Source: Bugula neritina
Lineage: Eukaryota > Animalia > Bryozoa
Assembly (NCBI GenBank): GCA_964035545.1
Contig: OZ037773.1
Location: 2,385,751 to 2,449,750, forward strand
Reading direction: 5' to 3'
DNA: 64,000 bases
This document shows positions 1 through 12,036 of the stretch, in pieces. The translations under genes and the position numbers were made by a program. Under the pieces are notes generated by a model, which saw only the letters and a list, made by a program, of their open reading frames with translations, ran no database searches and was not told where the DNA came from. Positions within the stretch are counted from its first letter, which is position 1. Every line of letters starts with the position of its first letter.

Positions 1-598
1 GTGTTTATAATATGTATGATTTTGATGCAAATTTCTAAATAATAAATATGTTGTTTATATCATGTACAACTTGAGCTGTACTATAGTATAATTATTATAT
101 TCTATATTATTATGTCGTACTATTTTATACAGTGTTGTGTAATATTACTGAGCTATGCTATACTATAATATATTACTTAACTATAACACATAATGTTACT
201 GTGTCATAATATGATAGTCAGTCTGCTATATATACTGTATTATATGATATTACTGCACCTATCAGAGCATACTATATATTGGTGCTACATACTATATACT
301 ATCAGTACTGTTAGTATAGTAGTTAGTAGCTTGTCATAATATAGATCTAATTTCCTGCTGGATGGTCAGTAGCATTTGCTCTGTAATTAATATGCACTTG
401 AAATCTGCCAGCATTTCCATACCCAGTCTGTTTTGTTGCTTGACCTTGACACTGGTAACAAAATTAATATTGAACATTTCTGTAAGATGTAAAATTTTAA
501 TTAAACGAGTTAGGTACATAAATTTAAAGTATTTCATCAGTAAAAGCAGTCAGCTTGTTTGTGTTCTGGAGTGAGACTGTATGTGAGAAACTAGTCTG

Positions 599-1534
599 AT
601 GGAGAATAGCAGCGTTCTGTGCGGTGACATCACTGACTTTTGTGTAGACTCTACTAAATCCGCAGCGTTTTCATCTTTCAACATTTTCAGTGTTATATTC
701 AACATTATCAATTTGGTTTTCCTGAAGAAGTTAGACAAATCCAAAAGAAACGCATCATTTTGGATAATAGTGAACATCGGTATCTGTGACGTTGTGACTT
801 GCTCCTCCTTTTCTCTGGCAGTCAGCTGCAATTTGAACAGACAAATCATAACTTTACCAGCAGTTGGTGCTCGAACCTTTCAAGTTATAGTGATTACATT
901 TGGCTTTGTCTCAATTGTTGCTAGAAATTTTGTATTGGAGACTGGCAGCTATGAGCGATACGTCTCCATCTGTCAGCCTTATCAAGTGAGCTATAACAAA
1001 GTGGTTAGCAATATGAAACTCTTCTTGGCCATTGTTTGGATATTTACCTTTGCTCTTATGACTATCACTATTGCCACTGATACCACCAAGTATTGCTTTG
1101 GTGAGTTCGGAGCTATCCCAAATGACTCCAATCCACAGACTAGTGTTGCGTTTGTTGGATCCATTACAACAGCTTTTGTCATCTCTGTCATCTGCTTATC
1201 TAAGACTTGGAGAGAGTTGAAGAGAATGCAGTCCAGAAGTACAGTTCCAGGAAAAGATGATCTGATAGTGAAGAGATCTGCCCAGTATATTATAATAATC
1301 TTCATCACTCTTTACTTGTCCTACATTCCAACAGCCATATCCTTAGTTTGTAATAACCTTAATGATATTTTAAAGGGCTTAGGATATTTGGCCAGATGGA
1401 TTTCTTTCTATTACATTACAATTTTTAGCATTCTTAATGTTGTAATATATTTCATCATGACCCCAGGCTACCGTATTCATGTGATGAATTTACTCATGTT
1501 GAAGACTCCAACAGTTGGTCAAATTAAATCTTAG
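599..1534 (+). CDS. Intronless rhodopsin-class (class A) GPCR, 311 aa
   Basis: Seven hydrophobic segments, N-terminal NSS sequon, TM3 YERYVSICQP (DRY-like), ECL2 Cys, TM6 YIP, TM7 NVVIY (degenerate NPxxY). Confidence 0.88.
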   Translation: MENSSVLCGDITDFCVDSTKSAAFSSFNIFSVIFNIINLVFLKKLDKSKRNASFWIIVNIGICDVVTCSSFSLAVSCNLNRQIITLPAVGARTFQVIVITFGFVSIVARNFVLETGSYERYVSICQPYQVSYNKVVSNMKLFLAIVWIFTFALMTITIATDTTKYCFGEFGAIPNDSNPQTSVAFVGSITTAFVISVICLSKTWRELKRMQSRSTVPGKDDLIVKRSAQYIIIIFITLYLSYIPTAISLVCNNLNDILKGLGYLARWISFYYITIFSILNVVIYFIMTPGYRIHVMNLLMLKTPTVGQIKS

Positions 1535-3309
1535 ACCATTACTATGATACAAGTTGTTGTAGTAGTTTTGTTAAACAATGTTCATGCTTGCTACATATTG
1601 TAACCATAATTGTTTGATGTTGCTATGACAACATGAGAAATAATATATTTTGTTATGATATTTAAAAAACCCGCCATGAAAAAGATATGTTGTGTAGAGT
1701 AATGCTTTGAATAAATGTTAAAAGTATTCTGTATTCCTATTAAATTGTGAACAAAATTTACAAAGGAAAGAAGTGTAGGAGTTGGCGGAACAGGAAGTTA
1801 GTGGTCTGAGTCCCGTCACATGATATGTTTGAAAGAGTATCCACTCATAGTTTCTCCTGCATGTGCAGCGTTTAAAAAATTTCTCAGCAGGCTTTAAATT
1901 AAAACCTTTTCATTAGATGTTCTCACGATAAACACTATAAACTTATATAATTATGAGCTTTTCGAGGCTTCGAATACACTTGCATATATGTTAATATAAT
2001 ATGGAAGCAATCGGTATATTATCAGCTCTGTGTAATGCCTAGATAACTTTCCAACCAGAATGCACTGTTTTCAAAACAAAAAATGAATATGCAATTGATA
2101 ACTCTATAGTCTATACTCTATACTCTGTACCAATAATTTCCGGGTGTGTAGCCCCTCTACGCCTCATAAAGAGGATAACTTGTAAAAGGTTGATAATAAT
2201 ATGTTCTTTACGCTACCAGTCTATGCAACGCAGACACTCTTGAAATATTCAACAGCTACTAAAATTTAGGTTGCAGGCAAATTGGCGATCAACAATATTG
2301 AGGGGGGGGGGGAATAAAGCTATTTGAATAGCAAGTCTCATGAGTATTTTGTAAGTCTCAAATAATTATTTATATTTCATCTTTATATATACTGGAACTT
2401 ATTTATTTAACATGATAGCTCATTTTTTCACTTTATTGTTTTATTTAATAAAAGCCAAGTTTATTTCGTATCAAACATATTATATAACAGCTTCCAAGTG
2501 GGTTCAAGTCATTATGATCACTTTGTTCTGACCTAGACCATGTAGTCAAGCAAATGGTTAGTTTGAAACACCATGCTGGGTGAGTGTGGAGATAACAGAG
2601 CTTACTGTCTACATAAACATGTATAAATATATATTTACTATAGACCTAATCTATATAGTCAAGAAATGTGAAAAGAGCAACAGCTAGCAATAAATACAGT
2701 TGTTACTCACTACCTTGGTATATCATACTTCACTATATTATACTATTAGTAAGCAGCAGCTTTGGAACTCAAATTCTTAGGGTTGAATAGTAGATATGGT
2801 GAGATTCATAACTAAAGCTGCACAGAAAAGCTAAATGTATTAGGAGTTCTACAATAAATATAATATTTGTGAGCATATCACATATTTTAATTTTTGTCAG
2901 GAGAAGGCTGATGCTAGCTTTCAACTGGTCCACTACTCAGGTCTAGCGAAGGTTCACTGTGGGTAATCCTGAATGAATAAATTTGTTTGAATTTAGAATT
3001 TTTCTAGAGTCTAGACAAGTATTATCTGTGGATTATTGGTGTAAGTTATGAATCCTATTAAATCTACTATTCAACTCACAGCTCTTATAACTCTGTTTTT
3101 TATAATGGTGTGAGTGCAGGTAAAATTTGAACACATTTGCAATGAGCCCCAAAGCTGCTGCATGACTTTATAACATTCAATGAAACATTTGGCAGAGTTC
3201 AATGATGGTGTTTTCTTTACATTGCAATAATGTAAACTAATAGCTCAACACGAGTTTATTCAAAAGACCACTGTTTATAAAGTTTATATAATGTTACTAT
3301 TTTCTAGTT

Positions 3310-3500
3310 GCCCTTGTAGTCAAATGGTTTGCTCACTTGTTTGCAAACCAGAAGCCCAGGTTAGAATCCTGGTCAAGGCAACTATTTTTCACTGGTGTAT
3401 TTTCTGACACCTTTGGTCACCTTCACTTACAGCAAAGTTAGCTAATGCTTCTGGCAGAATAAGGTTGACAGCTGTCTTTACTCTCTACTCTCACTGTTAG
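3310..3500 (+). mobile_element. Degenerate tRNA-derived SINE
   Basis: A-box-like tagtcaaatgg and B-box-like ggttagaatcc; similar to the better-preserved copy at 53594. Confidence 0.55.
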
Positions 3501-3558
3501 GCACGTTGATGGGCTAAACTATACGGAATGCAAGCTCGCACAGTTACTTGTGTTTATA

Positions 3559-3600
3559 CATGCAAATTAGATAGTTCTACTAGTTCCATTGGTCAATCAT
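3559..3600 (+). promoter_or_regulatory. Orphan partial copy of H2B promoter (octamer + ATTGG)
   Basis: atgcaaattagatagttctactagttccattggtc matches atgcaaattagattgttctccgagtttcattggtc at 40449. Second copy at ~53956. Confidence 0.6.
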
Positions 3601-5208
3601 GAAGAAGTGTTTTGTAAATTTTATTTTCTATAGTGATAATAATATTATGGAGCGCAATTCTCAGATTATATCTAAGAATTTAAAATTATATAATTCTACA
3701 AAAATAGCTTGTACAAGTATGAAATATCAACCATATACAAAAGTAAAGAATAATAGTGTATTATAACGCAGTACGGTATACCAAGCTATAGTTTTAAAAC
3801 TAATGCTCATAAAAAATCTTTGTGTTTTTTCTCTGTTGAGATCAGAAATTTTGTACGTAACTGTATTAGTGTACGGTACTTAAGCACTATTTTAGCCCAG
3901 TGAGGTGTGCATCCTTTTTTAAAAGTTTTTTGTAAGTAATTCTACTGTTGTCTCTAGCTTTTAGATTTATTCATTCAGCATCACCCATGATGACCTTTCA
4001 CTAAACTAGCAAAGTGGACCAGTTGAAAGCTAGCATCAGCTTTTTCATTACAGAAATTAAAATATATATTATGTAATATGGGCTGATATTAATTGCAGGG
4101 CTCATAGTATATTTAGCTATACTGTGCAGCTTTAGTTTAATAGAGTTGCTGTGGGTTGCTTTACAATAATCATACAATAATTTTGCTTTATTTAATTTGT
4201 ATGGTAATATTTCTTTTTAGCTGAAGCAACTTATTGCTTCAAAACCAATGTTCTTAGAGTTGTCTTCTATATAAATAAATAGGTGTGACTTTAATATCTG
4301 AAATTATGTAGAGCATCTGCCACCCAATGACCTGCAAAAGATATTATTTATTGATTATTAATATTGTTAATAATATTTATATTATTATTATATAATAATT
4401 ATTAATAATCATTAAGATATTAATAATAATTATTATTATAGTACACTATATTCTAATGAACTACCACCTTGTGCACATACAAAAAGGATGTTTATTTCCT
4501 ATTTTTGAGGTGACAACCCATAAACATGTTAATATTGTGAATTTAGAACAGCTCTGCCATGATGGGTGTAATGTAAAAGAAAGCAGCCATGTTAAGCTAA
4601 AGCTGAGCAGAAAATGAACTGTAATTAGCCCTGCACTCATTGTGCGTGGATATTACATAATATATATATTATTACACTTTTTGTAAGGAAAAAGCTGATG
4701 GTAGCTTCCAACTGATCTACTACTGGAGTAAAATAATCTAGAGGGTATAATAAACAAGTATTATCTGTGGATTATTGGTCTGATAAGTTATGAATCCTTT
4801 CATATCTACTATTCAACTCACAGCTCTTATAACTCTATTTCTGTAATGGTGTGACTGCAGGTAAAATTTGAACAGTAGCTATGAGTTGCTAAGGTGCCAC
4901 CCATTCGTGTTCATTATAGACAACAGCAACTGAACAAATTGCACCAGGAGTCTGCTTCAACATAACTATTTTGATTTGTGAAGTCTGGGATGGACAATTC
5001 CTGGAATGCAGGTTAAGCATGATAGAAGATTGTACTTTTTATTCAGTTGTTTATGTATACACTATACTTTACATAGTTTATATAAATTTTAAATAGAACA
5101 TGTTGATGAGTGAGTGCATTGCAAACTTTATAGAGCTCAATATATATCTAGAAAGTTTATCAATAATTTATTATTCAAAGGTTTGAACAACTCTACAAGT
5201 AAACAAGT

Positions 5209-5224
5209 GGCCCTGAAAAGGCCC
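5209..5224 (-). terminator. Histone-type 3' stem-loop of chimeric gene copy 1
   Basis: Minus strand GGGCCTTTTCAGGGCC-AC with one G.G mismatch. Preceded by the H2B 3'UTR (ccaagctccactactaaccccaac) and followed by the H2B downstream flank (ttacttgtagagttg). Confidence 0.85.
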
Positions 5225-5267
5225 GTTGGGGTTAGTAGTGGAGCTTGGAGAGATTACTAACAGGTTG

Positions 5268-6675
5268 TCATAGACTAGAATGCGAGATTTCTTCGTCCAC
5301 ATATCGACTGAGAAGTAGTTGCAGCAAAGTATTTTGTCTTTGCTTTACCTGTATAAAAAAATATTATACGTTAACAAATGGAACTGTTGTTAACGTGGGT
5401 TTTTTAATTAATTGTAGTAGCTACAGATTAGAAATAAGTTTGCTTATTTTGCAATCACAAAACAAAACTATCTTTCATAATTGTTGCCTACCTCATGAGT
5501 TGCTCGACTTTGTAACTGTGAAGCCAGTTGGGTTAATTTTGTGTCACTCAGGGTAAAACTTTCGCCAGACTCCATAGCTGCAGTCTTCAATGCCCTTAGA
5601 AGTATTTTGTCCTCAGCTCTAAAAGCATACCATCCCCATATTGCATGATTTATATTCTTCAACTTCAACAATGCATTTAAATGTAAAGTGCCACTGTAAG
5701 TACTGTGATAAAACTGTGGGTTTGAATGTAGCTAGTTGGTTTGCATGCTATAGTTATGAAGAACAGGTCGAGAAATTGAGTATAAATTACGGTAGCTTTA
5801 TTGTGTAGAATAATATAATAGGTCTGCATCCAGCGAGCTCCAGTAGTAGACTGAACTACACTGGAACTCACTGGCTTTTATATACAAGCAGAACAAAAAC
5901 ATTCCTTTGTTGCAGAAATGCCGAAATGTTTCAAATTTCAACAGAGTAAAATATCTTAGTTCTCTTCCAAAGCTCTTTTCTAGTAGCCTATAGGTTCATT
6001 TTAAGTTAGAAAGTAAGCTTCTGCACCAATATGCAATTTCAACGATTTTCAGCTTGACTATTAAAAGGGGTACTTTTTTCAGCAAAGGTATAAACAAAAC
6101 TTCAGTACAGGGCGTCAACTTTATAACATTAAGTTTATACAATAAAGGAATTACCTTGACCACGGTGCTATGACTGGTTGACTTTGGAGAGGTAAAGGTG
6201 GTGTGAGCTCCTTGGGGTCTGTACGGAGAGTAATGACCTCTGCAAATAACGTCAGAAAGTAAAGATTATGCACAGTTTACAAGTTGAAAAGAGAAGTTTA
6301 GCAGCATAGGCTGAAGAAGTGCAATCTGAAACGTGCATTTACAGGAGTACAGCCAGTCACACATTACACTTCATCGGCCAATGTTATAGAGTTGAGTTTG
6401 AGCCAACATGATACAATCTACTTGAACAAACATTGGCTTGGGTATATTACAATACAGAAAACAATTTTCTACACTCAAAACTTACCATTATTGAGAGATG
6501 AATGATGGTCTTTAGTGTCATCATCACCTTCCTCATTCAGCTGACTCGGTGGGGGATCCAAGTGACGGTAATAGGCAGGTCTCAGGCCCTTGCGAGGTCC
6601 AGTACGTCCAGACATTCGAGCTACTTTAGCTTTTCCTGCTTTCTTGGCACCTTTGTAGCTAACTTTAAGAGGCAT
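5268..6675 (-). CDS. Chimeric 4-exon gene: H2B N-tail fused to SANT/Myb-like (FLASH/GON4L C-terminal-like) domain, 160 aa
   Basis: Exons 6675-6486, 6239-6155, 5618-5492, 5348-5268; all introns GT-AG, phases 1/2/0, joined ORF open. Protein MPLKVSYKGAKKAGKAKVARMSG...PVIAPWSRAEDKILLRALKTAAMESGESFTLSDTKLTQLASQLQSRATHEVKQRQNTLLQLLLSRYVDEEISHSSL*. Confidence 0.85.
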
Positions 6676-6772
6676 GCTGTTAAGTTAGTGATAATGTTGA
6701 ATTCTCGCTCTTGATGTAATGACCGCAACAGTAGTTTGATGCTAAATGATGTTCAGATCTTAAAGCACTCTG

Positions 6773-6916
6773 CATTTATATGTATAAACAGTAGTTAGAA
6801 ATTATCCAATCAGATGGCGGTTGCGTAAGCTGACGCCTTAGTGTGCCCTAATGTTTACATTGAAACCGATTATTTGTCATCGACCAATGAAACTCGTAGA
6901 ACAATCTAATTTGCAT
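6773..6916 (-). promoter_or_regulatory. H2B-type promoter of chimeric gene copy 1
   Basis: TATAAATG (6780-6773), CCAAT at 6806 and 6884, octamer ATTTGCAT 6909-6916. Homology to the H2B upstream region extends to ~7518 (= 39841). Confidence 0.85.
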
Positions 6917-8039
6917 ATCTTATACAATATAGCCACGCCAAACTGTTGGGGAAATAGATAGGAAACTTCGAGTTGAATTCCAATAAGTTACTCTAAACTT
7001 TGAAATAATATTTTACTTTTCAACAATTATTGATATAATGTAGATTTTGACTTAAAGTTTGTATATAACATCATTATAGTGCATAGCTTATTTATTTTTA
7101 TTTAACCAGAACTTTAAACTTTTTAAAAAGTTTGGTCACTTTTATAAGGCAAAATGTGAATTATTTAATATCTCTTTCATAAAAAAAACATTACTCACTC
7201 CAAATAATCAGTATTGTGCTCACCAATCTATCCATAAGTTCACATAGTGGCACTTGTGCATTTACTCATATACAGTGTGTAAATTGCAGATAACTTCATT
7301 ACTGGTATGACTATAAAATTATCTAAATAACCATGGGAATAGCTGAACTCCTATCATTCAATACAAGCAAGGTATAGATAGGTTCTTCTTATTATTAAAT
7401 CACAGGTGTGAGAATGGCTAAGGAAACTAATATTTTTAGCCTACAAATAATAAACTATACACAGATTAAATAAATAATTAAAATAGGCTATAGCAAACTA
7501 TTTTCTGACAAAAAAATCTGTAACTCACTGATTTGGTGAAAACAGTTTGCTGTTGCAGTTACCAGGAATCCACCCAATATCAAGATGTAGTAAAACATTG
7601 GTGTAAGAGGTTTGCCACTCATTATGAGCATTACATTACTGTTGCAACTCCAAGACAATACAACCACTGGGCTAGTCTTTTTCATTGTATCAGTATAACT
7701 TCAGGAGATGCCCGCTCCTCATAAGCACACAACAGAGCTAACAGTACGCATCCACGCGCATATACATTTACTAAACTTAAACTAGATGGAGAAGATTGTT
7801 TACTCATAGCGTTAAGATATATTTTCAACTAATGGCTGGCAACAGAATTGATTTTCTTTTTAAATTCCATGTCATCTGTAGTCAAGCATGAATTCTGTAA
7901 ATAACAATGCGTTGGATAGAAATTCATGACAAAAATTGCCAGTAAATAAAGCAGACAATGTGATGGTGAGAGATATGCAAAGAGAAGGCTATGCTGCCTC
8001 TTCTTCAGATAATATTACTCGTCGAACAAATGTCATGAC

Positions 8040-9403
8040 TGACACATGCATCAAAAAACCAACAAAACCGCCAATGGCAACAATGTCACACCAAAACTTT
8101 GAACTAGATACAATGATGACCGATGACCTAATCATCAAAGGATATAGCTGTAATAAGGAGGTGAAACTTCCTAATGTGTATTCTGCAGAACAAATACCTG
8201 CCAAGTATGAGTCTATTCCACAGGCAGGTGCTCTTACCGCCTGGCCACATTTACAAGACTTAGCAAAAAACATAGTCAAGGGACAAAACATTTCAGTAAG
8301 GCTACTCATTGGAGGCAATTGCCCATTAGCCTTCAAATCCAGAGAGGTAGTAGTCGGAGACGACGCAGACGATGAACCATTTGGCGCACGTACTGACCTA
8401 GGGTGGGTTATCATGGGTAGTCTAGATACAAATAACACACATGATGACGATTCAGGCAACAAAACAACAATAGTCAATAGAACCGCGACTCATTCACCCA
8501 AGAAAGCTAAAACATCAGTATCTATCAAATGCCAAACTGAAACATCAAAACAAATGAATTAAATAATAAACTTATTGGCTCAAGATTTCAAGGAATGTGT
8601 AACAGACAAAGAAGCGGCTTCTGTAAAAGACAGAGCGTTTTTGTCTCTCATGAAACAAAAAACAAAGATCATTAATGGTCATGTCACCATGCCTTTACCT
8701 TTCAAACACAAACCACCGCTAAATAACAGTTTTAAAACAGCAAAAAACCATTTCAACTCACTGCTGATAAAGTTCTCTAAGAACCAAGACTTGGAAAACC
8801 AGTACAAAGAGTTTATGGAAGACCTCATTAGCAAGGGTAAGGCTGAAATAGTCTCACAAGACGTAGCAAGCCATGGGGACAGCACATGGTACATACCACA
8901 TTTTGAGGTATGGCATCCAAAGAAGCCAGGCAAGATTAGAGTAGTTTTTGATGGTGCTGCAAAAACAGACGGAAAGTGCCTAAACGACTATCTCATGACA
9001 GGTCCAGATCATCAAAACAGTCTCACTGGTATCCTCCTTCGCTTCCGCCAGGAACAGATTGCTGTTACATGTGAAATTGAGCGAATGTTTCACCAATTTT
9101 GTGTTGCAAAGGAACAAACAGATTATTCATGATTTTTCTGGCTAGATAAATGTGGTGAAATAGCAGTGTTCTGTATGAAAGTGCATGTGTTTGGAGCGAC
9201 ATCGTCTTCTGCGTGTGCAACATATAGCCTACATTATCTGGCTGACCAATGCAGCACAGATGATCCATCAAGTCAACAAGCCCGAAACCTTATTAGAAAT
9301 CAGTTCTATGTGGAAGACGGCTTGCTTAGTATGCCTGATGCAACATCTGCAACCAAGGTACTTACTGAGACAATCGGAATTTGCCAACAAGGTAAAGTAC
9401 AGT
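8040..9403 (+). mobile_element. BEL/Pao LTR retrotransposon pol fragment (protease linker + RT), degenerate
   Basis: IP..WPHL, LLIGGNCP, TDLGWVIMG, WYIPH..WHPKKPGKIRVVFDGAA, CLNDYLMTGPD, HVFGATSS, FYVED (YVDD mutated); stops and frameshifts. Confidence 0.9.
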
Positions 9404-10290
9404 TTGAAATCTAAGATTTCTGAAATGACACGAATTTTTAAACATGCATGTTTGAGTAGATCTGACTTGTCAGAGGATATGCTAAAATATGCTGTACACT
9501 ATGACATGTTGAAACAGGCTCAAAAGACACTTATTGGTAGTTACTATGGCAAAAATATTTTGGTACTTACTCCGCTTCTTAGGTGGTATTTATCACATGG
9601 ACTATGTGTTTCTAATATTTATCAGGTTGTTCAATTTAAACAGCATAAATGCTTTGTGGAATTTGGAGAGTCTGTATGTCAAATGAGACGTAATGCTGAC
9701 AAAGACTCTTCCATGAAAATTCTTGCTGAAACTTCGAAGTTTTACGGTAATGTAATATATGGTGCAACTATAACAAATAAAGAGCGTATTACTGATGTAA
9801 AATTTGTTTCTAATTTAAATGCTGCTCAAAAGCTTGTGAGTAGTAAACATTTTATGTCTATAGAAGAACTTGATGATGAATTTTTAAAGCTGTGGGCAAG
9901 ATACTTGTAAGGGCATTGAAGAGTGCTCCTCTAGAGTGTGGCGAAAGTTTCACCATGGGTGACAAAACATTAATCCAGCTGGCTAATTCACAGTTACAAG
10001 GTCGAGAAAGCAATTATTGCTCTGAATTCAAAAACCTATTTTTGTTTTGGAGATGAGGGTAATAAACTTAGGACAAAAGGAATAATGAAACGATGTAATG
10101 ACATAAAAAAGAACTTTTAAATGTGCTAAATAACAAATCTAGGGTGCATGGAACAATAGGGAAATTATGAGGCGCAACAACAAAGTCATGACTTATAATC
10201 AAACTAGGGCTGGTCCTAATTTTTTCTATGCTAAGCGAAAAGTACATAGTAATGGAGTTACTACTTTTCCACTCGATATGGAGATATCAT
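9404..10290 (+). mobile_element. Polinton/adintovirus pPolB fragment interrupted by SANT-exon fragment
   Basis: TPLLRWYLSHGL, RRNAD, KFYGNVIYG (motif B), C-terminal FYAKRKV..NGVTTFPLD; 9881-10006 is foreign. Confidence 0.85.
9881..10006 (+). pseudogene. Fragment paralogous to exon 3 of the H2B-SANT gene (also 61220-61345, 62735-62862)
   Basis: agggcattgaagagtgct...ggcgaaagtttcacc...cacagttacaaggtcgag matches the reverse complement of ~5500-5620. Confidence 0.88.
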
Positions 10291-10544
10291 GCTGTTATCC
10301 CAAACATTGTGTATATATTTTGATGTATAATAATGAATCGTATAGTATTATTTTTTATTTTAAATATTTTTTTGCTCTTACAATTATGGTGTTTTTACAA
10401 ATGTATGGGTGTTGGTTTTGTATGACTTACTGAAAATAAGCTACAATATAAAGCTTCATACTTTGTGTTTTAGATTAAAAATGTATATTATAATAGCACA
10501 CTTCATTCTTTTGTCATAGACAGTTTAGTATCCAATTTTTCACA

Positions 10545-12036
10545 ATGTCTCTGCGCTTTAAAAGAAACCTTTCAAAATTACAAAAGCTTCATAAGGCATC
10601 ACCTTAAAAAAAACCTTGCTTAAATCTGCTAATGGTGGTTTAATTGGTGCGCTTCGTGATTGTGCTTGCAATATAATTAGAGGAAATGTTCTTTTGAATT
10701 CAAAGCAGTTCAATTAAAAGCTCTCACTAATAAGTCGAGTGTCAAAAATAAACAAAAAGTCATTCAAAAAGATGGATTTATTGGATTGCTGTTGAAGCCT
10801 CTTGCTAAGATATTGATGGGTGGACTTTCAAGTTGACATCATAAAAAAGTATTACTTAATTGATCCATCAAAATATGAAATGCTTGAATCAGCTGCTAGT
10901 GCTGGAAATGAAAAGCGACAAAATAATTCTGACATATCTGCACATCCAAATATTAAAAATGTAAAAGATATAGATCAAAAAATGGAAGAAACAGTAAATA
11001 AATCAGATTTGACAGATTTTGAAAAGGTTGAAAAATACAATGCACTACTAGAAAAATATATCAGAAACTTTAGGAATACTCTTGAAACCTCAAAACCTGA
11101 AACAATTCTTGGTGAACCTGCTTCAAAAACTATAGACTTAGTAATACCACAGAAAACAAAAGCAACAATCAGTTTCATGCTCTTGGAGAATCACTTGACA
11201 GTATTCCTATATCATACCAACAAAAAGCTCGTAAATTGGTGAATTTTCTGAAAAATAACAACTCATTTTCTGTTAATCAAGATAACGAACTGCTTTACAA
11301 AAATCACGTATCATAAGGGGTTCAAATGTTAATCAATTAATCAATGATGCAGTACGAAACAAAAAACCAATAACAAGTAATGCATTATTTACACAGTTTG
11401 TAGAAAATTTGAATGCAGAAGGATACCCAGCTAAACAGATATTGTCCAAGAGCCATGTCAAAGACCCTCCAATAACATCTAAGATAAATCTTATTCCAAA
11501 ACTGAAAAAAGCAAGCCTCAAAGGCGTTTAGCCCCATATAAATATTCGTCTCAAACAGTAGATGACATACTGAAAAACTGGCTTTCTTAAAAATGACCAA
11601 AAAATGCAGCGGGCAGTTGTAGAGAGGTTTAACAGAACTCTTCAAACTAGATTATATCGATGGTTTACCAAAACCCAGGAGCATAACTGGACTAATGTCA
11701 TCGAACACATCGTTGATATATATAACAATACCGTCCCCTCATCAACAAAATTTTCACCAGCAAACATTTATAGGGAAAATGAAGAAGATGTTTGGCTTAA
11801 CTTGTATGGAAACTTGAAAGCGCCTAGTCTTTTGAATGCAAGGCTAAAAACTAATGACATTTTTAGAATAAGCAAGTACAAACATGTTTTCAGTAATGGA
11901 TATATAGAAAATTGGTCTATAGAAAGTTTTATTGTCAGTCAAGTTTTTTGAAACTGATCCTGTAACTTATTGTCTCAAAGATCAACAAAACGAATTAATT
12001 CATGGTTGATACTATGAAGATGAGCTGCAAAAAGTT
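10545..12036 (+). mobile_element. Polinton/adintovirus module: PW (cupiennin-like), gasderminoid-like ORF, integrase 3' half
   Basis: MSLRFKRNL..., DQKMEE..NKSDLTDFEKVEKYNALLEKY, AVVERFNRTLQTRL, RISKYKHVF.NGY..NWS.E.F, YEDELQKV. Confidence 0.85.

Larger units (their letters stand above)
1..8823 (+). repeat. Segmental duplication, copy 1 (pairs with 46601-59945)
   Basis: Position 1 gtgtttataatatgtatgattttgat recurs at 46601. GPCR, H2B-SANT gene and BEL fragment are collinear and highly similar in both copies. Confidence 0.95.

Noticed and set aside
6475-6675. 66-aa ORF as a truncated H2B pseudogene
   Set aside because: It ends at a GTAAGT donor and splices in frame to three further exons.
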